Source of the DNA: a virus
Lineage: Duplodnaviria; Heunggongvirae; Uroviricota; Caudoviricetes
DNA: 64,000 nt
Reading direction: 5' to 3' (one strand)
IMG/VR virus record: IMGVR_UViG_3300035210_000151
The notes under the pieces are model-generated. The model was not told the DNA's origin. It did no database searches and worked only from the letters and a program-made list of their open reading frames with translations. The position numbers and the translations under genes were made by a program. Of this stretch, positions 39,045 through 49,976 are shown one piece after another; the stretch's first letter is position 1, and the number at the start of each line of letters is the position of its first letter.

Positions 39045-42000
39045 ATGACATTTTTTATACACAGACCCGTTTTTGCTTGGGTGCTGGCTATTATCGTGAT
39101 GATGGCTGGTTTACTCGCAATCAAAAACTTACCAGTGTCTCAATACCCTGATGTGGCTCCACCTACTATTGGCATTTCTGCAAAATATCCGGGTGCGGAC
39201 GCAGAAACTATCGAAAACAGTGTGACACAAATTATTGAACAATCTTTAACTGGCTTAGATGGCCTCTTATATTTTAACTCCACCAGTAGTTCTGATGGTT
39301 CTGTTAAGATCAGTTTAACTTTTGAACAAGCGACTGATCCTGACATCGCTCAGGTTCAAGTGCAAAACAAACTTCAACAAGCTATGACCCGTTTACCTAA
39401 TCAGGTTCAACAACAAGGTGTGACTGTGCGTAAAACACAATCAGACTTCTTGATGGTTATCGCCTTGTATGATGAAAAAGATAAATTGAATACCAGTGAC
39501 TTGTCAGATTTTGTTGTTTCTAATATACAAGATCCACTTTCTAGATTAGATGGTGTTGGTGATATTCGTATTTTCGGTGCTTCCTATGCTATGCGTATTT
39601 GGCTAGACCCTATAAAAATGGCTTCATTCAAATTAACCACTGGTGACATTGAGAATTCATTAAAAGCTCAAAACAATGAAATCGCTGCTGGACAAATTGG
39701 TGCTCAGCCTATTGATATTGGTCAACAAATTACCGCCACTGTGAAAGCTCAATCAAAATTACAAACACCAGAGCAGTTTAGAGGTTTGTTATTAAAGAGC
39801 AACCTTGATGGTTCAAACGTTTTCCTTAGTGATGTTGCCACTGTTGAGTTAGGTCAAGAGAACTATGGTGTTTCACCAAAATTAAACGGACACCCAGCAA
39901 CAGGTATTGCTGTTATGTTGGCTCCTAATGCTAACGCATTGGATACTTCTGCTGGTGTAAAAGAGCTTTTAACTAAGTATGAAAATGCACTTCCAGATGG
40001 TGTTAAATTAGCTTTACCAATAGATAACACAGATTTTATTAAATTATCTATTCATGAAGTGGTAAAAACATTAGCAGAAGCAATTTTACTTGTGATTGTG
40101 GTTATGTTCTTATTCTTACAAAATATCAGAGCGACACTTATACCAGCCATTACAATACCTGTTGTTATCTTAGGAACCTTTGCTGTTCTTTCTCTGTTTG
40201 GTTTTTCTATTAACACTTTAACATTGTTTGCCCTTGTATTATCTATTGGATTACTTGTAGATGATTCTATTGTTGTTGTTGAAAACGTTGAACGTGTTAT
40301 GAAAGAGGAAGGACTTGGGCCAAAAGAAGCCACTATTAAAAGTATGAAAGAAATCAGTGGTGCTCTTGTGGGTATTGCTACCGTTCTTTCGGCTGTGTTC
40401 TTACCAATGGCTTTCTTTGATGGAGCTTCTGGTGTTATTTATCGTCAATTCGCTGTGACCATTGCCACTTCTATGGCTCTTTCAGTGTTAGTAGCCATTG
40501 TGCTTACACCAGCAATTTGTGCAACATTCTTAAAACACTCTGATTTGAAAACAACGGGCTTCTTTGGTTGGTTCAACAGAACGTATGAAAATATTGAACA
40601 TAAGTATGAAAAGAAGATTGCATTCATTAACAAACGCCCTGTTCGTTTTAGTTTGATTTATTTAATTATTGGTTTTGGCGTTTACTTGATATTTACAAGC
40701 ATTCCAAATGGTTTTATTCCAAAAGAAGACCAAGGCAACTTGATGGCAATGTATACACTTCCAGTGGGTGCCACAATGAGTCGTACTGATGTCGTTGGTA
40801 AACAGGTTTCAGATTACTTCTTGGGTGAAGAAGGTCATAATACACAATACATCTTTACAGTTTCAGGATTTAGTTTCAGTGGTAATGCTCAAAATGCTGG
40901 TATGGCTTTCGTAGCATTAAAGCCTTGGGCAGAAAGACTTGAACCTGAAAACTCAGCCGATGCTGTTGCATTGAGAGCAATGGGAAAATTGTCAGTCATC
41001 AAGGATGCAACAATATTTTCATTCACAAGACCAGCCATCAGTGGTTTAGGTCAATCTGATGGTTTCAACTTGTTCTTACAAGGTTTAGGCACTCGTGAAA
41101 ATTTGAAAGCGGACAAAGATAAGTTATTGGAAATGGCATCAAAGAATCCAAAACTTGTAGGTGTACGTTTGAATGAGTTGAAAGAAACTCCACGTTTGAA
41201 AGTTAACATTGATAATAACAAAGCAACTGCTCTTGGTATTGAAGTATCTGAAATCAATAATACTCTTAGCACTGCTTGGGGTGGTAGTTATGTTAATGAC
41301 TTTATTGATAGAGGTCGTGTTAAAAAGGTTTATGTACAAAGTGATATGCAATACCGTGCTATTCCAGAAGATATTAAATACTGGCATGTTCGTAACAAAC
41401 AAGGTGATATGATTCCATTCAGTGCTTTTACAACAACTGCATGGGAATACAGTGCTGATGCGTTAGGTCGTTATAATGGTTTGGCATCTTATGAAATACA
41501 AGGTTCACCAGCTCCGGGTGTGAGTTCTGGCGAAGCAATGGACGAAATGGAAAAGATGATAGCTGAACTCTCAGGTCATTCATCTTTCTCTTGGAGTGGA
41601 TTATCTTATCAAGAGAAGTTATCACAAGGTAAGACGGCTATGTTATATATGTTCTCTATCTTTGTGGTATTCCTTTGCTTAGCAGCATTGTATGAAAGCT
41701 GGTCTGTTCCATTTGCTGTAATGTTTGTTATACCACTTGGTATTTTGGGTGCCGTAGCTGCAGTTGCATTACGTGGTCTTGAAAATGATATTTATTTCCA
41801 AGTAGCGTTGTTAACAGTTATTGGATTGTCTGCAAAAAATGCTATCTTGATTGTAGAGTTTGCTGAGCTTTACTATAACCAAGGAAAATCTCAGTTTGAA
41901 TCAGCTTTACTTGCCGCCCGTGCTCGTTTAAGACCCATCATCATGACATCCTTCGCGTTTATCGCTGGTGTTATGCCATTGGCTCTATCAAGCGGTGCTG

Positions 42001-42164
42001 GTGCAAATAGCCGTATATCTATTGGTACAGGTATTGTTGGAGGAACCTTGACAGCTACATTCCTTGCAATATTCTTTGTTCCATTGTTCTTTATTGTTGT
42101 AAAATCAATTGTGGGAAAAAGGACGCCACAAGAAACTAAATCAGAGGATGAACACCATGTATAA
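39045..42164 (+). CDS. RND efflux permease, HAE1 (AcrB/MexB family)
   Basis: FFIHRPVFAWV, GLLVDDSIVVVENVER, AKNAILIVEFA, RLRPIIMTS; 1039 aa. Confidence 0.97.
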   Translation: MTFFIHRPVFAWVLAIIVMMAGLLAIKNLPVSQYPDVAPPTIGISAKYPGADAETIENSVTQIIEQSLTGLDGLLYFNSTSSSDGSVKISLTFEQATDPDIAQVQVQNKLQQAMTRLPNQVQQQGVTVRKTQSDFLMVIALYDEKDKLNTSDLSDFVVSNIQDPLSRLDGVGDIRIFGASYAMRIWLDPIKMASFKLTTGDIENSLKAQNNEIAAGQIGAQPIDIGQQITATVKAQSKLQTPEQFRGLLLKSNLDGSNVFLSDVATVELGQENYGVSPKLNGHPATGIAVMLAPNANALDTSAGVKELLTKYENALPDGVKLALPIDNTDFIKLSIHEVVKTLAEAILLVIVVMFLFLQNIRATLIPAITIPVVILGTFAVLSLFGFSINTLTLFALVLSIGLLVDDSIVVVENVERVMKEEGLGPKEATIKSMKEISGALVGIATVLSAVFLPMAFFDGASGVIYRQFAVTIATSMALSVLVAIVLTPAICATFLKHSDLKTTGFFGWFNRTYENIEHKYEKKIAFINKRPVRFSLIYLIIGFGVYLIFTSIPNGFIPKEDQGNLMAMYTLPVGATMSRTDVVGKQVSDYFLGEEGHNTQYIFTVSGFSFSGNAQNAGMAFVALKPWAERLEPENSADAVALRAMGKLSVIKDATIFSFTRPAISGLGQSDGFNLFLQGLGTRENLKADKDKLLEMASKNPKLVGVRLNELKETPRLKVNIDNNKATALGIEVSEINNTLSTAWGGSYVNDFIDRGRVKKVYVQSDMQYRAIPEDIKYWHVRNKQGDMIPFSAFTTTAWEYSADALGRYNGLASYEIQGSPAPGVSSGEAMDEMEKMIAELSGHSSFSWSGLSYQEKLSQGKTAMLYMFSIFVVFLCLAALYESWSVPFAVMFVIPLGILGAVAAVALRGLENDIYFQVALLTVIGLSAKNAILIVEFAELYYNQGKSQFESALLAARARLRPIIMTSFAFIAGVMPLALSSGAGANSRISIGTGIVGGTLTATFLAIFFVPLFFIVVKSIVGKRTPQETKSEDEHHV

Positions 42165-43530
42165 GAAGTTTGCATTATTAGTATTACCGTTAGCGATCAG
42201 TGGTTGTTTTTCACTGAATCCTGACTATACAAGACCCGAAGGAGTTGTTCCGGCACAACTCCCGACAACGGGCATTTATGGACAAAACCAACCGGGTGCT
42301 ATTACACAAGAACAACTCTATTGGAATACTTATATTTTAAATCCAAAATTGAAAGAGATTGTAAAAAGCTCTCTTAACAATAACAAGGATCTTAGAATTG
42401 CAATGGCAAATATAGAATCTGCCAAAGCTCAATACGGTATTACTAAATCTGATCGAATACCTACTCTAAACGGTAGTATTTCAGGATCTAGAAATCGTGG
42501 AGCTGGTGGTATTTCAGAAGGATATGAAGCCAACTTTGGTATTTCATCGTTTGAGATTGACGCTTTTGGTCGTGTAAATAGTTTAAGTTCTGCAGCTCTT
42601 GAATCTTTCTTATCCACGAAAGAAGCTCGTAGAGTTACCGAACTTTCCATTATTTCAGAAACCATGAAAGCCTATTTTAATATCGGACTTGCTAAGAGCT
42701 ACTTAGCCATTGCTAAAAAGACTGAAACAGCCACTTATGATAGCTTACAGATTATTAGTAAGCGTGTTGCAGTGGGTGTAGCTAACGCAAAAGACCTTAG
42801 TGATGTTGAAAGCGTCTATTTCAGAGCACAATCTGATGTATTCAACTACCAAACACAAGTCGAACAAAGTATCAATGCTTTGGCTGTTTTAGTAGGTTCT
42901 AATGTGGATGAGAAGTTATTGCCAGAAGGTATCGTTGAATTGACTGATGGTATTAAAGATTTAAACATTGCCGTTGAATCCGATGTTCTCTATCAGCGTC
43001 CAGACGTATTGATGGCTGAACACCAATTGTTAGCAGCTAATGCAAATATTGGAGCCGCAAGAGCAGCGTTCTTCCCTAGAATAACGTTAACGACTTCGGC
43101 GGGTGTGGCAAGCTCTGATTTAACGTCATTGTTTAGTAACACATTCAGAGTGTGGAATTTTTCACCAAGTATCAATATTCCAATTTTTGATTATGGAAGA
43201 ACTGTCAACAACTTGAAATATTCAGAAGCTCAAAAAGATAAATATGTTGCTACCTATGAAAAGACTGTTCAAACTGCATTCAGAGAAGTTTCTGATGTCT
43301 TAGCTCGTAAAGGGACAATAGACAACCAGATCACATCTTATGGTAAGTTTGTTAATGCTAACCGAAACAGCTTCGATTTAGCCACTAAATCGTATGATGC
43401 TGGTGTGAGTGATTACCTCTCGGTATTGACGGCTCAGAATAATCTTTATGATGCCGAAAAATCTTCACTCTCGTTAATGAAAGAGAAGTTTGATAACAAA
43501 GTTGATTTGTATAAAGTCATCGGTTTCTAA
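42157..43530 (+). CDS. RND outer-membrane factor lipoprotein (OprM/NodT family)
   Basis: Lipobox AISGC, NNKDLR, RPDV..AEHQL..ANANIGAARAAFFP, YEKTVQTAFREVSD; ATG 42157 overlaps the permease stop. Confidence 0.95.
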   Translation: MYKKFALLVLPLAISGCFSLNPDYTRPEGVVPAQLPTTGIYGQNQPGAITQEQLYWNTYILNPKLKEIVKSSLNNNKDLRIAMANIESAKAQYGITKSDRIPTLNGSISGSRNRGAGGISEGYEANFGISSFEIDAFGRVNSLSSAALESFLSTKEARRVTELSIISETMKAYFNIGLAKSYLAIAKKTETATYDSLQIISKRVAVGVANAKDLSDVESVYFRAQSDVFNYQTQVEQSINALAVLVGSNVDEKLLPEGIVELTDGIKDLNIAVESDVLYQRPDVLMAEHQLLAANANIGAARAAFFPRITLTTSAGVASSDLTSLFSNTFRVWNFSPSINIPIFDYGRTVNNLKYSEAQKDKYVATYEKTVQTAFREVSDVLARKGTIDNQITSYGKFVNANRNSFDLATKSYDAGVSDYLSVLTAQNNLYDAEKSSLSLMKEKFDNKVDLYKVIGF

Positions 43531-43548
43531 CGGTAAATTTTTTATATT

Positions 43549-43576
43549 AAAATACCAATTCGTTGGTATTTTTTTA
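43549..43576 (+). terminator. intrinsic terminator after the RND operon
   Basis: AAAATACCAA-ttcg-TTGGTATTTT followed by further T. Confidence 0.7.
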
Positions 43577-43702
43577 TTTATTAATTTTAAATTTTTTTTT
43601 TAAAACAAAAGATTGAATTTATCAAGTATTTAAAGATTTTAATATCATTGACAGAAACCATGTTTCAGGTTTAAATATTAGGATAATTTTATAGGTGTAG
43701 TA

Positions 43703-46474
43703 ATGACAAATAATAATGATCAAATAACAAATAATAATGATGAACAATTGCTCATAGATAAATTTCTTTCATTTTTTTATGATTTTTTAAGATTGGGAAG
43801 TGATGGAACTCTTCGATTTAATGATTTTATGATGGTTCTTGCTGAGAGACATGCTGGCGTATATGATTCGATATTGCTTGATCCTAATAAGATCACTCAC
43901 CTTTCTAATTTAGCATTGATAGAAAAGCATTACCAAAATCAATTTTTAGATGATAATATTACAAAAGAAATTGGTATAAAGAATCTTAAATACAAATTAA
44001 GTATTATTTCTTACATGACAATAATGTGCAGGCATTTACGTGTTCCACTTAGTCCACAAGAGCGATCTGCTTATTTTGATTACTTGCTCCACAAAAGTGA
44101 TCAGCATCGTGATTTTCAGCGTTTTGTGGCTTCTCAACCCACAGTTGATATTGAAAATTTAGAATATTATTTTGTAGTTCGCCATATTACTGTATTATCT
44201 GGTAATTTTTCTATTTATCATAAAGAACTTTATGATATTTGCAATCAAGCTATAATGGGTGATGAATTACCTGTTTTAGACTATAAAAAAAATGATGAGT
44301 CATCATCATTAACTGAACCTACTTCGGTTGATCTTGTTAATTGTTTCGAGTCTATTACTGACATTTATTACATTTTAAAATTAATGACTAAAAAAGATTT
44401 AACAGAAGAACAATTTTATACCAATGTAAAAAAAATAGATTATAGTTTGGTGTCTAATTATGATTACAAGCTATTGTTATATAAAGCAGTCAAATATTTT
44501 GATAGCCGATCACTTTCATATCTTTTAACAATTAATAATAAATCATGTAATTTCGCTGATCTCATTCAACATATGATATCATACATTGAAGATGAATCTC
44601 TGTTAATTAAGAATACGAATATTCTTTTAGAACATATGGATATTGATTTCTGTTATCAAACCATAGAAAGTTACCAAGTTGAATCAATGTCCATCTTTGA
44701 AAAAATTTGTGAAGATAAACGATTTTTTTTGTGGGAATCTTTTCTTAAAAAAAGCATTGATGTAAGTCGAATCCCTAATATTGATAATTTTTTAGAATTT
44801 TCTTTTGCAACTTTAGAGATTGATGACGCAATAGAAATTTTTAAATTAGTCAGTGAATATGCACTCAGTAAACCTAGGCTTATTTATAGATTTTGTTATA
44901 AGTTTATGTATGACAAGCTTAATCTTTCAATATCGGCAGAACAAATAAAGAATGCACATGAATTTTTCAAAATGATGAATTTAAATATTTTTTCTACTGT
45001 TGACGACAAAGGTGTAATGTTAATCCATAATTTTTTAAAGGGTAATTTTTTAAGTGAAGCACATAAAGATTATGTTGATAGATTGTTAGATTACTTTTTT
45101 GAACAGAAGCCCTCTGCTAATTATTGGCATCATACTCATGATAGTGTAGGCAATAATTTTGTTCATTTGTTAACGTATTCAGTAGACTTTATGCACTTTG
45201 CCCATCAGTTAATTAAACAAAGAGAACTTTTAGAATTATTTTTTACTCCAGACTTACAAGGTAAAAGGCCAGTTGATTTTGTTTTAAAAACAGTTAAAAA
45301 AGGTTTGGTTCCTTATATCTTGGGTATTTTAAATATTCTTATCAATAAAGAAGATCCTTTATTCAATGATTTTACAGTGCTCCTTGATGGCTTTGTTACT
45401 GATGACCCTATTTATTCTGATGTTAAGAAAGCTATGGTTGATTTTGAAGGTGATAGTTTCAGTAAAATTGTAAAAGCACTGAACACTAAATTTCCAGCCA
45501 GTAATGATTTTGTTATGTATGATGTTTATACAAAAGAAAATGTTGAAAAATTCGAAATTTATGTAGGCGAAATGCTTCCACCCGATAGTACAGTTAAACC
45601 TTGGGTTAACAAGCTAAAAACAATATCAGGATCAAAGAAGTTGATGTTTAGCACACAGTTAAAGAAAAATTTAGCTGAATTAAGAAGAACGTTCCCGAAT
45701 TTTAAAGAGTTTATTGACCATGTAGAAAGCTATATTTATCTTAATGATATGGGAGATGGCTATTTCTGGATACCTGCATCGTTGCTGGTCAGTGCTCCGG
45801 GTATTGGTAAAACATTCTTCTTACATTGTCTTTCAAAGGCCGTTGGTGTTTCTTATGATATGATTAGTATGGAATCTGTTACTGCAGGATTTGTTTTGGT
45901 TGGATCATCTCAACAGTGGTCAGGTGGTCAACCGGGATTAGTATTCCAGAATGTGTTTAAATCAGAATATGCCAACAATATCCTTATTTTAGATGAGGTC
46001 GATAAGACGACAAGTAGTAATTATCCAGTAGAAGCTGTTTTGTTACCATTATTAGAAACGCATACAGCACAAAAGTTTAAAGATGAGTTTGTTAATCTTC
46101 CAATGGACATTAGTAAGATGATATGGGTCGCTACAGCTAACAGGCTTGATCAAATATCAGATCCTATTAAAAGTAGATTCCAAGTGTTTAACATTCCAAG
46201 TCCTAATTTTGAAGAGCGTATGATATTAACACAAGCTATCTATCATTCATTACTTCAATCTAATGCATGGGGTAAGAAATTTGAAAAAGAAATATCTCGT
46301 GAGATTTTATCTGAGCTTTCAAAAGATAAGAATTCAAGCAGAGACTTACGAAAAACTATTTCAGATGCTTGTGGCCGAGCGGCGAAAAGACAAGACAATA
46401 AAATCATATTTGAAGATTTGAATATTCTACGAACAAATAAAGAAACTTTACCATGGGACAAAAAACATGACTAA
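43703..46474 (+). CDS. Lon-type AAA+ ATPase without protease domain, long helical (ankyrin-like) N-terminus
   Basis: Walker A SAPGIGKT, Walker B LILDEVDK, LLPLLE..FKDEF, WVATAN, SRF; ankyrin-like D..GNNFVHL. Confidence 0.8.
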   Translation: MTNNNDQITNNNDEQLLIDKFLSFFYDFLRLGSDGTLRFNDFMMVLAERHAGVYDSILLDPNKITHLSNLALIEKHYQNQFLDDNITKEIGIKNLKYKLSIISYMTIMCRHLRVPLSPQERSAYFDYLLHKSDQHRDFQRFVASQPTVDIENLEYYFVVRHITVLSGNFSIYHKELYDICNQAIMGDELPVLDYKKNDESSSLTEPTSVDLVNCFESITDIYYILKLMTKKDLTEEQFYTNVKKIDYSLVSNYDYKLLLYKAVKYFDSRSLSYLLTINNKSCNFADLIQHMISYIEDESLLIKNTNILLEHMDIDFCYQTIESYQVESMSIFEKICEDKRFFLWESFLKKSIDVSRIPNIDNFLEFSFATLEIDDAIEIFKLVSEYALSKPRLIYRFCYKFMYDKLNLSISAEQIKNAHEFFKMMNLNIFSTVDDKGVMLIHNFLKGNFLSEAHKDYVDRLLDYFFEQKPSANYWHHTHDSVGNNFVHLLTYSVDFMHFAHQLIKQRELLELFFTPDLQGKRPVDFVLKTVKKGLVPYILGILNILINKEDPLFNDFTVLLDGFVTDDPIYSDVKKAMVDFEGDSFSKIVKALNTKFPASNDFVMYDVYTKENVEKFEIYVGEMLPPDSTVKPWVNKLKTISGSKKLMFSTQLKKNLAELRRTFPNFKEFIDHVESYIYLNDMGDGYFWIPASLLVSAPGIGKTFFLHCLSKAVGVSYDMISMESVTAGFVLVGSSQQWSGGQPGLVFQNVFKSEYANNILILDEVDKTTSSNYPVEAVLLPLLETHTAQKFKDEFVNLPMDISKMIWVATANRLDQISDPIKSRFQVFNIPSPNFEERMILTQAIYHSLLQSNAWGKKFEKEISREILSELSKDKNSSRDLRKTISDACGRAAKRQDNKIIFEDLNILRTNKETLPWDKKHD

Positions 46475-49316
46475 CACAATCGCATTATTATTACCAGAAA
46501 AAGGCCGTCCTTTATTTGCTGGTAAAACATTACTTGAACGCATTCAATTTAACACACAGTACAATCGTTATTCGGAAGCTTATTTCATTAAAAAAGAAGA
46601 AATAAGGGCCAACATCATTGCATTGAAAACATTTGCAAGTATATTATTGACGTTAAATGCTCAACGTATAAAAAAAGATAAAGAAATTTATGATTTATTA
46701 ATTGATTTTCCATTGTTCTTGGATCAAGAATTTGTTCATAATTGGGAAAATGAAAAACCTTGGAAAAAATATCGTTTAGAGTCACATGTTTTAAATGGGT
46801 ATGAAGATATTATTAATGGTCAATCACCTTCATTGGCATACTCTCCTAGCGAGTCTGGTTATTCAAATCGTGTGTGGGAACAATTTTTTATTAATTCTGA
46901 TGCCAATGTTATTATTGATATTATTCAAAAGTCTATTGTTTCATTAGAGAACTATTTAAGTGAAAGAGAAGATAAAGAAGTTTCAGTTCTTGAAAAAAAC
47001 ATTTATCAATTGAAAGAAACTTTTTCTTTATGTGATGAAGATGTTTTTACCTTGTATTGGACAAATACTCTTTTTGATTCTAATTTAAGTCATGTTAATA
47101 AAGTTTGGGTACATGCTCTAGAACTCTTTCAGTATAACACCCAATTGTTTTTTAATCTTATAGAATCCCGTATGGGAGTTCCAGACAATACAATGCTTTA
47201 TCGTTTAACCGCTAAAAAACCATTAGTTAGCTTGTTTTTTTACGAATCACTATCAATTACTAATAAGCCTCATGATATCTTGAAAGAGAACCAACCACAG
47301 AACTGGTCAACTGTTTGGAATAATATTGCAACCGATTTACTTAAAGATAATATTAGAATAGATTTTAGTTTAGAACATAAAACAATTCTTGATAATCTAA
47401 TTCATTTAGAGCAAAGCGAGAAACTTCCATTAGAATCTTGGGACTATCTAAATGGTATTTTGAATATTTGGAAGGCTCAACTGGGCGAAGGGAACACTAA
47501 AATATTATTTCATGGACTTAAAGGTTGTGGAAAAACATCACTAGCACTTAGTTTACTTAAAACTTTAAATTTTGAAGTTTATTCTCCAGTAAAAGATGAT
47601 ATAGAACATCTTGTTAGAAGTGTTATATTTACCAATTATCTTCCCAAGTCAGCTTTAATTATTGAAGGCCATAAGGAGTTTTTGAAGGAATCAAAATTTT
47701 TAGAATACTGTAAATCTAATTTAATTTATAATGTCGAAAATATCACTGATATTCCAAAAGATATTCTGGATCATTTTGATTATGTTTACGATTTGTCAGA
47801 CATTCCTTTTGATGTTAGATTAGCCTATTCAAAAACATTATTCGAAAATTCTAATTTGGCGATAAAAATTGCTCAACAACTGAAAACTTTTGGCAGTATT
47901 AAGAAAGCATCTTCACTGGTGAGTAATGAAACAGATTGGAAAACTATTTATCCACATGTTAATATTGAAAAAGGTAAAATAGGTGAATATTTTCATGTTC
48001 TCGATCATAATAGTTTTAAAGATATTCCTGTTTTAGCAGGTTATGATACACTATATGATACTTTCAATAACATATTGGATCTTTTTGAGAACCCCCACAA
48101 ATATGAACAGTTCTCAGCAAAAGTTCCGAAAGGCTTATTAATTGAAGGTGCTCCGGGTACTGGTAAAACTTTATTTGTGAAACATATTGCTAAGAAAACA
48201 CAATTACCATTAATTGTAGCTAACAGTCCACAATTGGCTAATAATCTCGACGGTGTTGCAGAAATTTTCAACTTTGCACGTATGTCAGCTCCTTGTATTT
48301 TATTTTTTGATGAAATTGATACTTTACTTATCAATCCTGACACACCTTTTGGTAAGGATAGTAGAAAACAGCAATTGTTGAATACGATGCTTTCAGAAAT
48401 TGATGGCATTAAAAGTTTAACAGGTGTACTCATTGTTGGAACAACGAATTATTATCACCAAATTAGTCCAATAGCCTTAAGATCAGGACGACTTTCAGAG
48501 ACTGTTTCTATATCTGTGCCTAACAGTAAAGATCGATCCGCTATATGGGAATCGTATCTTTCCTCTAAGCCTACAGAAAACATAGACTACACTAATTTGG
48601 CTAAAATGTCAGGTGGATTTAGTGGTGCTGACATTGCAGAGGCTGCAAATCAATCAGCTTTATTGGCGGCATATGAGAACTCAAATGTTATCAGTTTAAA
48701 GCATATTAACAAAGCGTGTGAAATTATTACATTAGGTCGTCCAAATCATCAGTTATTTGTTGATCCATTAGCCATGAACAAAACAGCAGTCCATGAAGTG
48801 GGACACGCTCTTATGGCAATCCATCATGGAGTAGAAGTCAATAGAGTCACCATTGTTCCAAGGCAAGGTGCGTTAGGCGTAACGTCTACTCTAGAAAAAG
48901 AAGGATTCTATTGTTTTTCAAAGGATGATTTAAAAAACAAAATATCAATATTCCTTGGTGGCATTATCGCTGAACAAGTCATTTTTGGTTCATTTGAATC
49001 AGGAGGTTCAAGTGATTTAGACGTTATATACAAAAAGATTTACCAAGCGTATTCAAAATTGGGTTTCAGTGATATTATTGGCCCGATAGGGAGTGATATT
49101 AATAATTGGTCTGAGCACAGGAAAATACAAATTGAAAAAGAGTCTACTGATTTAGTTAATCTTATTTTCAAAAAAACCTTAGACTTATTGACAGCCTATA
49201 AGCCGCTTATTGATAGTTTTTCAAAAGAATTATTAGAACATAAAAGTTTATCTATTGAAGATATAACTCATTGGAAAGAAGAATTAGATAAGTTAAAAAC
49301 AATAAAAGTCTCCTAA
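46467..49316 (+). CDS. soluble FtsH-like AAA+ Zn metalloprotease (M41) with an extra degenerate AAA domain
   Basis: GLKGCGKT, then PKGLLIEGAPGTGKT, FFDEID, LRSGRL, GFSGADI, HEVGH, GGIIAE, GGSSDL; no N-terminal TM; 8-nt overlap with the upstream gene. Confidence 0.85.
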   Translation: MTNTIALLLPEKGRPLFAGKTLLERIQFNTQYNRYSEAYFIKKEEIRANIIALKTFASILLTLNAQRIKKDKEIYDLLIDFPLFLDQEFVHNWENEKPWKKYRLESHVLNGYEDIINGQSPSLAYSPSESGYSNRVWEQFFINSDANVIIDIIQKSIVSLENYLSEREDKEVSVLEKNIYQLKETFSLCDEDVFTLYWTNTLFDSNLSHVNKVWVHALELFQYNTQLFFNLIESRMGVPDNTMLYRLTAKKPLVSLFFYESLSITNKPHDILKENQPQNWSTVWNNIATDLLKDNIRIDFSLEHKTILDNLIHLEQSEKLPLESWDYLNGILNIWKAQLGEGNTKILFHGLKGCGKTSLALSLLKTLNFEVYSPVKDDIEHLVRSVIFTNYLPKSALIIEGHKEFLKESKFLEYCKSNLIYNVENITDIPKDILDHFDYVYDLSDIPFDVRLAYSKTLFENSNLAIKIAQQLKTFGSIKKASSLVSNETDWKTIYPHVNIEKGKIGEYFHVLDHNSFKDIPVLAGYDTLYDTFNNILDLFENPHKYEQFSAKVPKGLLIEGAPGTGKTLFVKHIAKKTQLPLIVANSPQLANNLDGVAEIFNFARMSAPCILFFDEIDTLLINPDTPFGKDSRKQQLLNTMLSEIDGIKSLTGVLIVGTTNYYHQISPIALRSGRLSETVSISVPNSKDRSAIWESYLSSKPTENIDYTNLAKMSGGFSGADIAEAANQSALLAAYENSNVISLKHINKACEIITLGRPNHQLFVDPLAMNKTAVHEVGHALMAIHHGVEVNRVTIVPRQGALGVTSTLEKEGFYCFSKDDLKNKISIFLGGIIAEQVIFGSFESGGSSDLDVIYKKIYQAYSKLGFSDIIGPIGSDINNWSEHRKIQIEKESTDLVNLIFKKTLDLLTAYKPLIDSFSKELLEHKSLSIEDITHWKEELDKLKTIKVS

Positions 49317-49331
49317 GAGACTTTTTTGTTT

Positions 49332-49799
49332 TCAAGCACCCGTTACTCGGGATTGACCATTTACACTCATGACTCTAATACGTTGCCCTACACTGAATCG
49401 TTCGTTGGTTTGAACTTGTTGAACTACTGAGCGTATTGCTCCACTGTCTAAGCGAAAAGTGATCTCAACACCATTACTTTTTGTAAGAAGATTTTCACCT
49501 GCAGCACCTAATAGACCACCACCAACTGCACCAATGATTGTGGTGATTATTGCCCCCTTACCACCGCCGATAGTGCTACCTGCCACACCGCCTAAACCCG
49601 CACCAGCAATAGCACCAATAGGTGTTTTAGTGCCTTCGATTTGAACAGGTCTTAAAGATGTAATGGTACCATACATTACGGTTTGAACAGCTCTTGCGTC
49701 TTCTCTTGAATAGGTGTCACCACCTAGATTAGATACACAACCACTTAACGCAGTTGAAAGAGCAAGAAGAACAGCTAAACTTAGTTTGTTGAATGTCAT
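49332..49799 (-). CDS. slyB: outer-membrane lipoprotein SlyB/Pcp (glycine zipper 2TM)
   Basis: Lipobox LSGC, GDTYSREDARAVQTV..LRPVQIEGTKTPIG, GVEIT; resembles the Pseudomonas type. Confidence 0.88.
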   Translation of the reverse strand: MTFNKLSLAVLLALSTALSGCVSNLGGDTYSREDARAVQTVMYGTITSLRPVQIEGTKTPIGAIAGAGLGGVAGSTIGGGKGAIITTIIGAVGGGLLGAAGENLLTKSNGVEITFRLDSGAIRSVVQQVQTNERFSVGQRIRVMSVNGQSRVTGA

Positions 49800-49976
49800 A
49801 AATCACCTCATTAGTTTAATTGTTTAATAATCATTTATTGACGAATCAATAAATGCTATTGTATTTGTTAATTGATTATATATTAAAAAAGATAAAAATC
49901 AATACAGACAACTTCAACTATTTCTTGCACATTAGTTTCTATTGTTGTACAATAACCCATATTTTGGAGTTTTTAC

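Noticed and set aside
39140-43175. Many short antisense or alternate-frame ORFs inside the RND operon, and similar ones throughout the track
   Set aside because: They are fully nested in well-supported genes and have no RBS or motifs.
46467-49316. Assigning ftsH here, or lon to 43703
   Set aside because: The architectures are non-canonical (no TM anchor here, no Ser-Lys protease domain in 43703). They are not housekeeping orthologues.
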